Virus record (IMG/VR): IMGVR_UViG_3300017917_002765 | Coordinates: 1 to 64,000 of that record | Source of the DNA: a virus | Direction: 5' to 3' (one strand) | DNA length: 64,000 nucleotides | Shown here: positions 55,577-63,977 of the stretch, one piece after another | Layout of the letters: the number at the start of each line of letters is the position of its first letter | Position numbering within the stretch: the stretch's first letter is position 1 | The notes under the pieces: generated by a model | What the model was told of the DNA's origin: nothing | The model's database searches: none | What the model saw: only the letters and a program-made list of their open reading frames with translations | Made by a program: the position numbers and the translations under genes

Positions 55577-55678
55577 TTAAAAATCACATAAGAAACTTAC
55601 AGACATAGCCGACTCAAATGGATTGCTATTGCGTCTCCACATGCTAATCGAATTAATATGTATGTTTATGTTTCTCAT
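55577..55678 (-). CDS. Leader peptide sensing R/N/I/H/S/M/W (33 aa, not in ORF track)
   Basis: MRNINIHINSISMWRRNSNPFESAMSVSFLCDF; TGAGTCGG is perfectly complementary to CCGACTCA in the terminator. Confidence 0.87.
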   Translation of the reverse strand: MRNINIHINSISMWRRNSNPFESAMSVSFLCDF

Positions 55679-55742
55679 TGTTTTTGTTTTGTGGGTTTCC
55701 CCTGTTTTTTATTAAATATGTGCTTTTTCTTAAAAGTTAATG

Positions 55743-55773
55743 CAAATGTACTAACTATTTTTCAATTTGTCAA
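55743..55773 (-). promoter_or_regulatory. Promoter TTGACA-N17-TACATTTG
   Basis: Same architecture as the other leader promoters. Confidence 0.75.
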
Positions 55774-55791
55774 GTTTTTTGCAAAATATTT

Positions 55792-57072
55792 TTATGAAAC
55801 GTCAAATTCGTCCAAATATACTGTAACTTCTGGGTGATTAGTTTCAAGATAAGAAACAACTTGCCTAGGGTCCTTGGTTAATGGAATATCCGTTCCGAAT
55901 TTTTGATTGAATTCTTCTACTGTACGTATTTTTTGTTGTTCGCCATTTTTATAAATGATATATATACCATATATGGTATTAGTTACGGCACCCATATATT
56001 CTGGTCTAGAAACCAATATTCTATCTACTCCATCGAATAATGATTGTTCTTCCTCATATGGGTTTATACCATACTGTACTTCTCTAGAAGCTTTTTCATA
56101 GTCTTCACCATCATACTCATTAATTTGATTTTTAATCCAATAGTTCAATCCTTTCCAATATATTGCATCAAAACTATCTTTATGCTCTTCACCATCAAAA
56201 ACTACTGTAACATAAATTTTATTCCACTTATGTTTTGAAATTAAATCTTCAACTATTGACATGGTATCGTCAAAATCAAAATTAGACTCAATAGTGTCTA
56301 TTTCATAATCAATTGAACCATCTGGACCATTATGATAATGTTTATCTTCTATTTTTGTCATATCATTATCATAATCTAAGGTTACTAACATATCTGAAAC
56401 ACCAGTTGATGTTCCTTCATCCATTTTCATCATTGAAGTCTCATCTATATCATATTTAACACCATCATCATATACTTCACCTAAACTATTCGGGTCTAAC
56501 TTGGTTAAATACATATTTAATTCATAGGTACCAGAATCCATTCTATATATTTGTATTGCTAAAAATCTATTTTTGGTTGGCTGACCTTTGTGGTTAAGGT
56601 GTATATTATCTTTTTTATTTTCACCATATTTAACACCACCAAACGTAAATTTATTAAAACCATTTTCAGGGATTTCAAAATAATTGTTTTCAACATATTT
56701 TTGAGCTTCATCTAAAGCTGATGCTAATGTTTTATGATATACCTCGTAATCTTTTGATTTTAAAACAGAACCAACACTTCTTGATTCTTCATCAATACCT
56801 AAACCAAAACTAGCTACTGTTGTGTCAGCATCATAAAAATCAGAAACAATGTATTTATCAGAGCCAATTTGGTTTATGTGTTTAGCAACACCACCTTCTT
56901 CGTCAGAAATTCTTTTGGCTTCAGCTTTTGCTTCTTCAAAAGACATTCCATAGCTTTCATCTAATCTTTTTATTTTGTTAAAATTTTTTGAAAATGATTC
57001 AACAATTGCTTTTTCTCTATCAGCCAATATAGCTTTCTTTTTAGCTTCAGTTAAAAATTCTTTCTTTTTCAT
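55792..57072 (-). CDS. Hypothetical modular phage protein
   Basis: 426 aa; IQIYRMDSGTYELNMY motif; upstream GATATTTAT. Confidence 0.7.
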   Translation of the reverse strand: MKKKEFLTEAKKKAILADREKAIVESFSKNFNKIKRLDESYGMSFEEAKAEAKRISDEEGGVAKHINQIGSDKYIVSDFYDADTTVASFGLGIDEESRSVGSVLKSKDYEVYHKTLASALDEAQKYVENNYFEIPENGFNKFTFGGVKYGENKKDNIHLNHKGQPTKNRFLAIQIYRMDSGTYELNMYLTKLDPNSLGEVYDDGVKYDIDETSMMKMDEGTSTGVSDMLVTLDYDNDMTKIEDKHYHNGPDGSIDYEIDTIESNFDFDDTMSIVEDLISKHKWNKIYVTVVFDGEEHKDSFDAIYWKGLNYWIKNQINEYDGEDYEKASREVQYGINPYEEEQSLFDGVDRILVSRPEYMGAVTNTIYGIYIIYKNGEQQKIRTVEEFNQKFGTDIPLTKDPRQVVSYLETNHPEVTVYLDEFDVS

Positions 57073-57213
57073 AGCAGTATTTTAAGATAAATATCTAAAA
57101 CCCCAATAAAAGTTATGTGTTCTTTCTTTTCACAAAACTTCTTTTAACATTAACTGTCTTTCTTTTGTTTGTGCTGCCTTCACGAACAGTTATTGTTCTT
57201 TTGTGTGTTGCCA

Positions 57214-57594
57214 TTAGTAATCTTCGTCTTCAAATTCATCGTTATCATTATCATCGTAATATCCATCTTCTTCATCATCAAGAAGTTCTTCTTCCTCATC
57301 TTCTACAAGCCCTTCAAGATGTTCCACATGAATGAATATACCAAAACCTTCATTAAATGTCTTGTTGATTGCTTTGTATTCTTCGTTAGATATTTCTTTG
57401 AAGTCAAGCCTTGATAAATAATCATCACCGTCAGCGAATTCTAATGAATAATTTGTTAGTGGATAATCAAATGACCATTTGATACTTTGTGCTATCGATT
57501 CTAAGTATTCTACTTCTTTATCGGTCATTGCTTTGAAGCCAGATATCTCTACATCGTTAATCTGGTCGTTAAAAGTAACTAGATATTTTGCCAT
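57214..57594 (-). CDS. Hypothetical protein with acidic tail
   Basis: 126 aa ORF. Confidence 0.65.
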   Translation of the reverse strand: MAKYLVTFNDQINDVEISGFKAMTDKEVEYLESIAQSIKWSFDYPLTNYSLEFADGDDYLSRLDFKEISNEEYKAINKTFNEGFGIFIHVEHLEGLVEDEEEELLDDEEDGYYDDNDNDEFEDEDY

Positions 57595-57632
57595 ATGACA
57601 TAAATATATGGTATCACAAAAAAGAATAAATA

Positions 57633-57827
57633 CTACAATAATTTTTTGAAATTGTCCGTCTCCATTTGTTGAATCGCTTTACCAACTTCTGGACCACTAA
57701 CAGTTAGTCTAAACTTTTGAAAAGCTGTCATTAGCTTTTCATCAATTCCCTCAGCCTTAGCAAATGCAAGCAACTTATCTGGTAATACACCATCATTTTG
57801 CTCCGCTCTTTTAATGCGTATTCCATG
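57633..57827 (-). pseudogene. Start-less remnant, possibly a tRNA nucleotidyltransferase C-terminus
   Basis: Open frame ...FRLTVSGPEVGKAIQQMETDNFKKLL* directly after the purA stop. Confidence 0.3.
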
Positions 57828-58832
57828 TTAAATGTCGTATGGTGTTGTACTAAATGTTATTCTTTTTATTGTCGAACAAGCTGTGGATATTTTATCAGCA
57901 ATGTAAGTTTGAAATTCTTCACTAGTTTTGAAAACTAAAATCTCATGGTTTTCATACATCTTAAATTCACCAACTTGTTCTAAAATGTCCAATTTATTTA
58001 TTACTAAATCCGTAACACCATTAATTGTTATCGCTTTAATAATGTCATCTAAATTGAACCAATTGACTTGCCGTTTTCTACCAGTTGTCGCACCAAACTC
58101 TTGGCCAAATTCTCTAATTTTTTCAAAAACTTCTGAAGGCTCCTCAAATTTTTTGGCACCAACATATGTTCTATATGCTTTGGCTACGCCATATATATTT
58201 CTAATTGTTTGGGGCGGGAATCCATTCAATATTGTTGAACCAACAGTGCAATGTGAACTAGTCACATACGGATAATCACCCCAATCAATGTCCAATTCAA
58301 ACCCCTGAGCGCCTTCAAATAGAATCTTAACATTTTCATTTGAAACATGAAGGTCATACAAATCAAATATAAATGATTTCAAACTATCTTCACTTTCAGC
58401 TCTCTTCCCAATTCTAGCATACTTGTCACGATAAGCTGGACCTATACCTTGTTTTGTGGTTCCTATTCTTGAATCTTTCCCGTCTTCTTCCAAGTGTTCA
58501 TCAGTTATTATATGAACTCTCTTATCAATCATTAAATTAGATTTTACATCAAACCCAAGCTGTTCTAAGTCTTCAATTTCTTTGAACAGCTTATCAACGT
58601 TTACAACACAACCAAGACCAATTATAGACTTAATACCATATAACACACCACATGGTATAAAATGTGTAACCACTTTTTGTCCATTGTGATAAATAGTATG
58701 TCCAGCGTTTCCACCACCATTATATCTAATAACATGCGTGAATTCTCCTTTGCTCAATAAAGAATGTGTTACTTTACCTTTGCCAGTATCACCAGCTTGT
58801 AAGTCAACAACTACATCAGCGTATTTAACCAT
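57828..58832 (-). CDS. purA: Adenylosuccinate synthetase
   Basis: GDTGKGK, GGGNAGHT, GTT..GIGPAY.DK, EGAQG, GATTGRKR. Confidence 0.9.
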   Translation of the reverse strand: MVKYADVVVDLQAGDTGKGKVTHSLLSKGEFTHVIRYNGGGNAGHTIYHNGQKVVTHFIPCGVLYGIKSIIGLGCVVNVDKLFKEIEDLEQLGFDVKSNLMIDKRVHIITDEHLEEDGKDSRIGTTKQGIGPAYRDKYARIGKRAESEDSLKSFIFDLYDLHVSNENVKILFEGAQGFELDIDWGDYPYVTSSHCTVGSTILNGFPPQTIRNIYGVAKAYRTYVGAKKFEEPSEVFEKIREFGQEFGATTGRKRQVNWFNLDDIIKAITINGVTDLVINKLDILEQVGEFKMYENHEILVFKTSEEFQTYIADKISTACSTIKRITFSTTPYDI

Positions 58833-58835
58833 AAA

Positions 58836-59042
58836 TCAATTTTTAAAAATAATTGAACCCAACCGTAACACCTTCTCCTTAAACTCTTCAAAGGTTCCGT
58901 TATTTTCAAGAATAACATCGGCACAAGATTTATCGATATTAAAAGAACTTGCTGGTTCTTCTGGTAATCTTCCAGTTGCATCAACCCATATGATTAGGTC
59001 AAACAACCCTTGACGCATACACTCACTTATTTCCTCTCTATC
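58836..59042 (-). pseudogene. C-terminal remnant of a P-loop nucleotide kinase-like phage gene
   Basis: DREEI..C...GLFDLIIWVDA..RLP.E..SS..ADVILENNGT; no Walker A or N-terminus. Confidence 0.55.
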
Positions 59043-59652
59043 ACAAACTAAATTCACTAATCGTTTCATCGACAGATTTATATAAATTATTAATACCATT
59101 ATTATTATTAATTATTTTATTAAATTTTTGATAATTGTCTAATTCAATTTCAGAAATATGATTTAAGTTTCTTGTTGAATTTTCTCTAACACACATTGGG
59201 TCACCTTCTAGCCTAATCATAATACCACCATGTTCTAAAATATAATTAGCTTCATTTATAAATCTAACATCTGGTATAATAATTATTATTCCATTATTCA
59301 ACTTACCATTTAATTCCTCATCAAAAAGCGATTTAACCCATATATCTTCGTCAAATTTAAACCTGAATAATTCGGTACCTAGTAATTGTAAAATTTCACC
59401 AACAGTTTTATTATATTGTGGAAGAAATATATTTTTTTGTTCTTGTGTGTAATTTCTAATTTCATTACAAAATGGCTGACCCTTTTCATGTGTTATAGTC
59501 ATTTTAACACCAGTTATAGTTTCAGTTATCAACCTTAATTTATCAGCCATAGCATGTCGTTCTACTTTAGAATTTAATTTTTTGGCTAATATTTCAGCAA
59601 AAGTATCTTTACCACTTCCAATTTTTCCAGAAATACCTATAATTTTTTTCAT
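59041..59652 (-). CDS. Deoxynucleoside monophosphate kinase
   Basis: GISGKIGSGKDT, LQLLGTE, DVRFINE, HISE. Confidence 0.9.
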   Translation of the reverse strand: MKKIIGISGKIGSGKDTFAEILAKKLNSKVERHAMADKLRLITETITGVKMTITHEKGQPFCNEIRNYTQEQKNIFLPQYNKTVGEILQLLGTELFRFKFDEDIWVKSLFDEELNGKLNNGIIIIIPDVRFINEANYILEHGGIMIRLEGDPMCVRENSTRNLNHISEIELDNYQKFNKIINNNNGINNLYKSVDETISEFSL

Positions 59653-59932
59653 ATCATTTATATTTTATCTAAGTTAGATACAAAAATACTATTTATTTGT
59701 CAATTAAACAACTATTGACAATAAAATAATTAACTCTATATTTTAAACATGAAAGATTATAAAATCATCACCATCTCGTTATCACCAGACATCATAAAAA
59801 AACTGGATGAAGGCAATTTCAATAAGTCTAAATTAATTGATTCACTTTTAACAAAATATTTCTCTAAAAAGTAATAATTTTATTACTTTTATATATTTTC
59901 TAGATATTTATTAGTATAAAACACATACTAAT

Positions 59933-60106
59933 ATGGGAAGAAAAACAAAAACACTTGATGAGAAGAAAGGTAAACTAAGCATCACCGTTTCAACAACTAA
60001 CTATCAAAAAATGATAGAAGAAAAAGGTATTAACAAATCCAAACTAATTAATTGGTTATTGGAAGAATATTTTAATTCAATTTACGATGGAGACAAAAAT
60101 ATGTAA
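59933..60106 (+). CDS. Small ribbon-helix-helix-like protein (not in ORF track)
   Basis: MGRK..KGKLSITVS..INKSKLINWLLEEYF; overlaps the start of the HNH gene. Confidence 0.6.
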   Translation: MGRKTKTLDEKKGKLSITVSTTNYQKMIEEKGINKSKLINWLLEEYFNSIYDGDKNM

Positions 60107-60737
60107 ATCTTGTAACCTTACTCTAACTCTGGATAAATTTAGTAAAGATAATGGTAATAACGATAAACTAAAAAATACCTGTAAACAATGTTGTTCTTTA
60201 AAGAATGCTGAATGGTGTAAAAATAATAAAGAAAAGAGAACTTGTTACCAAAAAGAATATAAAATTAAAAATAGCGAACATTTAAAAGAATACAATAAAA
60301 AAATTAACAACGAGTTTAAATTAAAACACGGTGTTTCTAGACATACTTTATGGGACAGAAATAATAAAGATAAGCGTAAAAAATCGCTAAAAGCTAGATT
60401 AAAAAATCCAGTAGAAGCTTTAAAATACAAGTTAAGAAGTTCTTTTAATTCAATCTTTAGGTATAAAGGATATACCAAAAAACATAAATCACATCATATA
60501 CTTGGCTGTACATTTGAAGAATTTAAAACATACTTGGAATCAAAATTCGACCCTTGGATGAACTGGGATAATCGTGGTTTATATAATGGTGAGCCAAATT
60601 ATGGTTGGGATATTGACCATATAATACCAATATCATCAGCGGTAACTGAAGAAGATGTGATAAGATTAAATCATTATTCTAATCTTCAACCGCTATGTAG
60701 CAAAATTAATAGAGATATTAAGAAAAATAATTTTTGA
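60087..60737 (+). CDS. HNH-type homing endonuclease
   Basis: CKSC..CKQC; LGC....K.YLE, WDIDHIIP, NHYSNLQPL. Confidence 0.85.
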   Translation: METKICKSCNLTLTLDKFSKDNGNNDKLKNTCKQCCSLKNAEWCKNNKEKRTCYQKEYKIKNSEHLKEYNKKINNEFKLKHGVSRHTLWDRNNKDKRKKSLKARLKNPVEALKYKLRSSFNSIFRYKGYTKKHKSHHILGCTFEEFKTYLESKFDPWMNWDNRGLYNGEPNYGWDIDHIIPISSAVTEEDVIRLNHYSNLQPLCSKINRDIKKNNF

Positions 60738-60861
60738 AATAAACAAGTGGAACAAGATAAAAAAGCAAACCCCACCGAAGTGGGGCTTGTATTAGTTCAG
60801 AATAGGTTTTGTTAACTGTTTTGCTTAATAGTTTTTTTTAATTGCTGAATCTATTCTTTAG

Positions 60862-60930
60862 AACCCCTGATAGGATTTGAACCTATATCTCCCCCTAATA
60901 TTGGGGCTCTAGCAATTGAGCTACAGAGGT
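60862..60930 (-). tRNA. tRNA-like RNA with a shortened anticodon arm (loop aaTATta)
   Basis: Intact acceptor, D and T arms; anticodon stem only 3-4 bp; no U33. Confidence 0.55.
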
Positions 60931-60974
60931 ATAATAAAGAAAAACCTGTTTTTCAGGAATTACATTCTTTTTAG

Positions 60975-61046
60975 TAGCGGGGGATGGAATCGAACCACCG
61001 ACCTCTAGGTTATGAGCCTAGCGAGCTACCACTGCTCCACCCCGCA
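60975..61046 (-). tRNA. Initiator-type tRNA-Met(CAU)
   Basis: 1:72 mismatch; gcggggtggagcag 5' end; ctagg-ctCATaa-cctag. Confidence 0.88.
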
Positions 61047-61052
61047 ATATTG

Positions 61053-61121
61053 TAGAAGAGAAAGGCCTTGAACCTTTATTTCCGCCCCCATGGGCGTTGT
61101 CTTTCCTTAGACGACTCCTCT
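61053..61121 (-). tRNA. tRNA-like RNA with an aberrant anticodon loop (Pro-like)
   Basis: Acceptor agaggag/ctcttct; cgcc-catggg-ggcg; T arm aaagg-ttcaagg-ccttt. Confidence 0.5.
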
Positions 61122-61130
61122 ATGTATCCC

Positions 61131-61308
61131 AAGATAGTTGTTCGTATTTATTTTACATGACTCCCGTTTACATGGTGATAATTTATTACTCGACTCCACA
61201 TCGAGGCAGATTTGGTTACTATGGTGCCGCTCTTTCGAGTTAGACCATAATGAGAGTCTAGCTTACTCCCTTTTTCCACTGTAGTTTTGTTTTTGCAGAA
61301 CCTATCTT
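61131..61308 (-). ncRNA. Candidate structured RNA
   Basis: Closing aagatag/ctatctt; internal tatgg/ccata and ctc-gaaa-gag hairpins. Confidence 0.45.
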
Positions 61309-61354
61309 TTTTGGATATTTTAGATTAACAAAGAACGTTGTGTTAATATATATG

Positions 61355-61385
61355 CAAAGGTACGAAGAAAAATTGTATTTGTCAA
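61355..61385 (-). promoter_or_regulatory. Promoter TTGACA-N17-TACCTTTG for the fMet cluster
   Basis: Same motif, followed by boxA-like GTTCTTTG. Confidence 0.7.
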
Positions 61386-61408
61386 GTTTTTTTAAAAAAA
61401 AATTTTTG

Positions 61409-61678
61409 TTATTGATTTTTTTCTATTTTAAAATTCCTAACCAATGGTTTGTTTGTCAATGGATTTACAATTACAAAAATTGATTGTTTTTTGTCAATTT
61501 GATGAACAAGATTAATAACTTCAAAATATTGGTCATCTAACCATATGAATTCATCTTTTCTAGGTATAATTTCAAAAGGAAGGTTTCTTTTTAGAATTTC
61601 CCATTTACTATTTAGTAGTGTTACAGTATATTTTTTTCTAAACATACTATAATATAATACAAGATTTGGTAAAATCAA
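61409..61678 (-). CDS. Hypothetical protein (likely start MFRKK)
   Basis: PR..E.I..YFEV..VH. Confidence 0.6.
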   Translation of the reverse strand: MILPNLVLYYSMFRKKYTVTLLNSKWEILKRNLPFEIIPRKDEFIWLDDQYFEVINLVHQIDKKQSIFVIVNPLTNKPLVRNFKIEKNQ

Positions 61679-61720
61679 GTATTTATAGGAAACAATAACA
61701 AATATAAAAATTCAAAGAAC

Positions 61721-61810
61721 ATGTACACAGTAACTAACGGTTGCGGTTGTGGTAAACCAAAACAAACAACAGTTGTTAAACCAGTTGCACCTCCAAAACC
61801 TAACTCATGA
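61721..61810 (+). CDS. 29 aa peptide with a GCGCG motif (not in ORF track)
   Basis: MYTVTNGCGCGKPKQTTVVKPVAPPKPNS; upstream GTATTTATA; downstream terminator. Confidence 0.45.
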   Translation: MYTVTNGCGCGKPKQTTVVKPVAPPKPNS

Positions 61811-61826
61811 TTTTAGAGGTTTATTA

Positions 61827-61847
61827 AAGGGGCGAAAGCCCCTTTTT
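61827..61847. terminator. Bidirectional intrinsic terminator
   Basis: aaaggggc-gaaa-gccccttttt. Confidence 0.8.
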
Positions 61848-61885
61848 GTTTTGACTAACCTTAGATAAGCAACAAAAGTCAAGTG

Positions 61886-62241
61886 TGGAGCATATGGGAG
61901 TCGAACCCATGTCTTGAATACTCTTCAAAAGCTTTCTACATGTTTATCACAGAATTTTCTAATTCTTCGAAATAGGTCGATGTGTCAACGATTAACGACC
62001 AAAACCGAATGGACTACCATTATGTCGTGGAACATACCACGATGAAGCGATTTATCGCTATCAGCTATATTAGGCTACAGCAAGCTCTCCAGCGAAACTG
62101 CAAGCAGCTTCGTCAAGGAAATTTTCAGATACAACAAAATCGTTGCCATTTAAAAAGTTCAATAGCCAGTTTAAAGTGCTTCCATCTAGCACTACATGCT
62201 TACTAATTACGACTATATTCAGTCAATACCTTTAATGCCCC
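61886..62241 (-). ncRNA. ssrA: tmRNA
   Basis: 5' GGGGCAT pairs with 3' ATGCTCC-A with G3:U70; T loop ttcgact; tag ORF 62147..62070 GNDFVVSENFLDEAACSFAGELAVA*. Confidence 0.92.
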
Positions 62242-62416
62242 ATAAATAAAGAACGTGTGTAGGTTATAAATATGTGGTTATTTTAAAAAGACCACATGTT
62301 TTCCTCAACAATACAAAGGTACTAAATCTTTTTTGATTATGCAAATATTTTTTTTATTTATTTTTATTAGTCTCCACGATATTTACTAATACAAATAGCC
62401 AAATTAAACTATTACT

Positions 62417-63310
62417 ATGAAATCAAAAACATTTATTTATGGATTAAAAGAAGCTAATTCAGATGAAATAAAATACATCGGAAAAGCAGATAACCCAAAA
62501 AACAGATTGATTCGCCATAAATCTGACGCTAAAAGAAATAATAAAACAAAAAAAGAAAAATGGATTGTAAAATGTATCAAAAATAATATTAAAATAGATA
62601 TTGTCATATTAGAAGAGGTTGAATATTCAAAATGGCCAAAATCTGAAATGTACTGGATTGAAAAATATGGTTTAAAAAAATTAAAAAATCATTCAAATGG
62701 TGGTAAAGGTGGGAATATTAAAAAATATAAAATTACTTATGATAGTACAAAAGAATGGATATCCATAAATTTACCACAAATAGATAGTCAAACAAAATGG
62801 AATAAAAATAAAAAATATTTACCAAATTTTATACCTAAAAAACCAGATTTAGTTTTTAAAAACAACGGATGGGTTTCTTGGGGTGACTTCCTAACGACTA
62901 ATAATATTAGTAATAATAAAAAAATATTTTTATCATACGAAGAATGTAAATTATTTGCGAAAGAAAATAACATTAATAGTCAAAGTAATTGGGCTGAATT
63001 TATTAAAGTAAATAAAAAAACAATACCAACCAACGTCCCAAAATCACCAGAACATGTTTATAAAAATAAAGGGTGGGTTTCTTGGTCTGAATTTTTAGAT
63101 AACAACTTTATTCATCATTCTAAAATATCTTATGTTGATTTTAAAACATTAAAAGAAGAAGTAAAAAAGTATGGTGTTAAAACAAAAAATAATTTTTATA
63201 TTTTTAAAAAAACTTTAAAAAAAATAAATGGGTGTGATATTCCATCACACCCAGAAAGAGTATATAAAAATAATTGGTTGTCTTGGACAGATTTTTTAAC
63301 TGAAAATTAA
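62417..63310 (+). CDS. GIY-YIG homing endonuclease with C-terminal repeats
   Basis: FIYGL..KYIGK...R; three P..V[YF]KN.GW.SW..FL repeats. Confidence 0.85.
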   Translation: MKSKTFIYGLKEANSDEIKYIGKADNPKNRLIRHKSDAKRNNKTKKEKWIVKCIKNNIKIDIVILEEVEYSKWPKSEMYWIEKYGLKKLKNHSNGGKGGNIKKYKITYDSTKEWISINLPQIDSQTKWNKNKKYLPNFIPKKPDLVFKNNGWVSWGDFLTTNNISNNKKIFLSYEECKLFAKENNINSQSNWAEFIKVNKKTIPTNVPKSPEHVYKNKGWVSWSEFLDNNFIHHSKISYVDFKTLKEEVKKYGVKTKNNFYIFKKTLKKINGCDIPSHPERVYKNNWLSWTDFLTEN

Positions 63311-63314
63311 AACT

Positions 63315-63977
63315 CTATTTTTTGTTTAATTTTGTTTTACTAATAATAATTTCATCAATTAAACCGTATTCTTTAGCTTCTAAAGAATCTAACCAATAAT
63401 CTCTGTCTGAATCAATCAATATTGTCTCTTTATCTTTACCAGTTGTATTAGATAATATTTCAAACAATACGTTATTATATTTTTCAGCTTCTCTGAGAGA
63501 AATTCTCATGTCTTGAACCTTACCCTCAGCTCCGCTACTAACGGTGTGTAACATAACCCTACTATTTTTTAATGAATACCGCTTACCTTTAGTACCAGAT
63601 GATAAAATAACAGATGCCATACTAGCACATAACCCCATATTTATTGTTTTAACATCAGAACTGATATAATTCATCACATCAATAATACCTAGACCACTTA
63701 AAACACTACCCCCAGGTGAAGATATATGTAATGTTATATCATTCTTTTCAAGATTGTCTAAAAACAATAATTGAGCTTGTGTTATCGATGCCATAGAATC
63801 ATTAACAGGCCCGTATAAATGTAATATACGGTCCATCATCATTCTTGAAAAGATATCCATTTGCGTTACACGCATTTCTCTTTCTTCAAGAATGTATGGT
63901 GTCAAAGAAGCATTTGCACCGTAAAGCTTTTCTTGTAATTGTTCCCATTGATAAAACTCAATAGGGCTGATACCCAT
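63315..63977 (-). CDS. clpP: ATP-dependent Clp protease proteolytic subunit (start may lie beyond the window edge)
   Basis: DIFSR...RI, SPGGSV, ASMAS, MLH, DRD.WL...EA..YGLID. Confidence 0.95.
   Translation of the reverse strand: MGISPIEFYQWEQLQEKLYGANASLTPYILEEREMRVTQMDIFSRMMMDRILHLYGPVNDSMASITQAQLLFLDNLEKNDITLHISSPGGSVLSGLGIIDVMNYISSDVKTINMGLCASMASVILSSGTKGKRYSLKNSRVMLHTVSSGAEGKVQDMRISLREAEKYNNVLFEILSNTTGKDKETILIDSDRDYWLDSLEAKEYGLIDEIIISKTKLNKK

Noticed and set aside
57828-58832. PurZ / 2-aminoadenine (Z) genome pathway, suggested by a purA-like gene plus an HD hydrolase
   Set aside because: The protein keeps the PurA catalytic Asp (GDTGKG rather than GSTGKG) and the TTGRxR motif, so it reads as ordinary PurA.
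5966-59013. Numerous + strand ORFs antisense to long - strand genes (e.g. 5966, 7317, 12613, 16765, 25604, 57928)
   Set aside because: They are shadow frames of well-supported genes, with no motifs or expression signals.
61982-62206. ORF-track ORFs overlapping RNA genes (also 27494, 27785, 30499, 30558, 31280, 31335, 36138, 36208, 36547, 54783)
   Set aside because: They overlap tmRNA, tRNA genes or attenuators and have no protein features, so they are treated as spurious.
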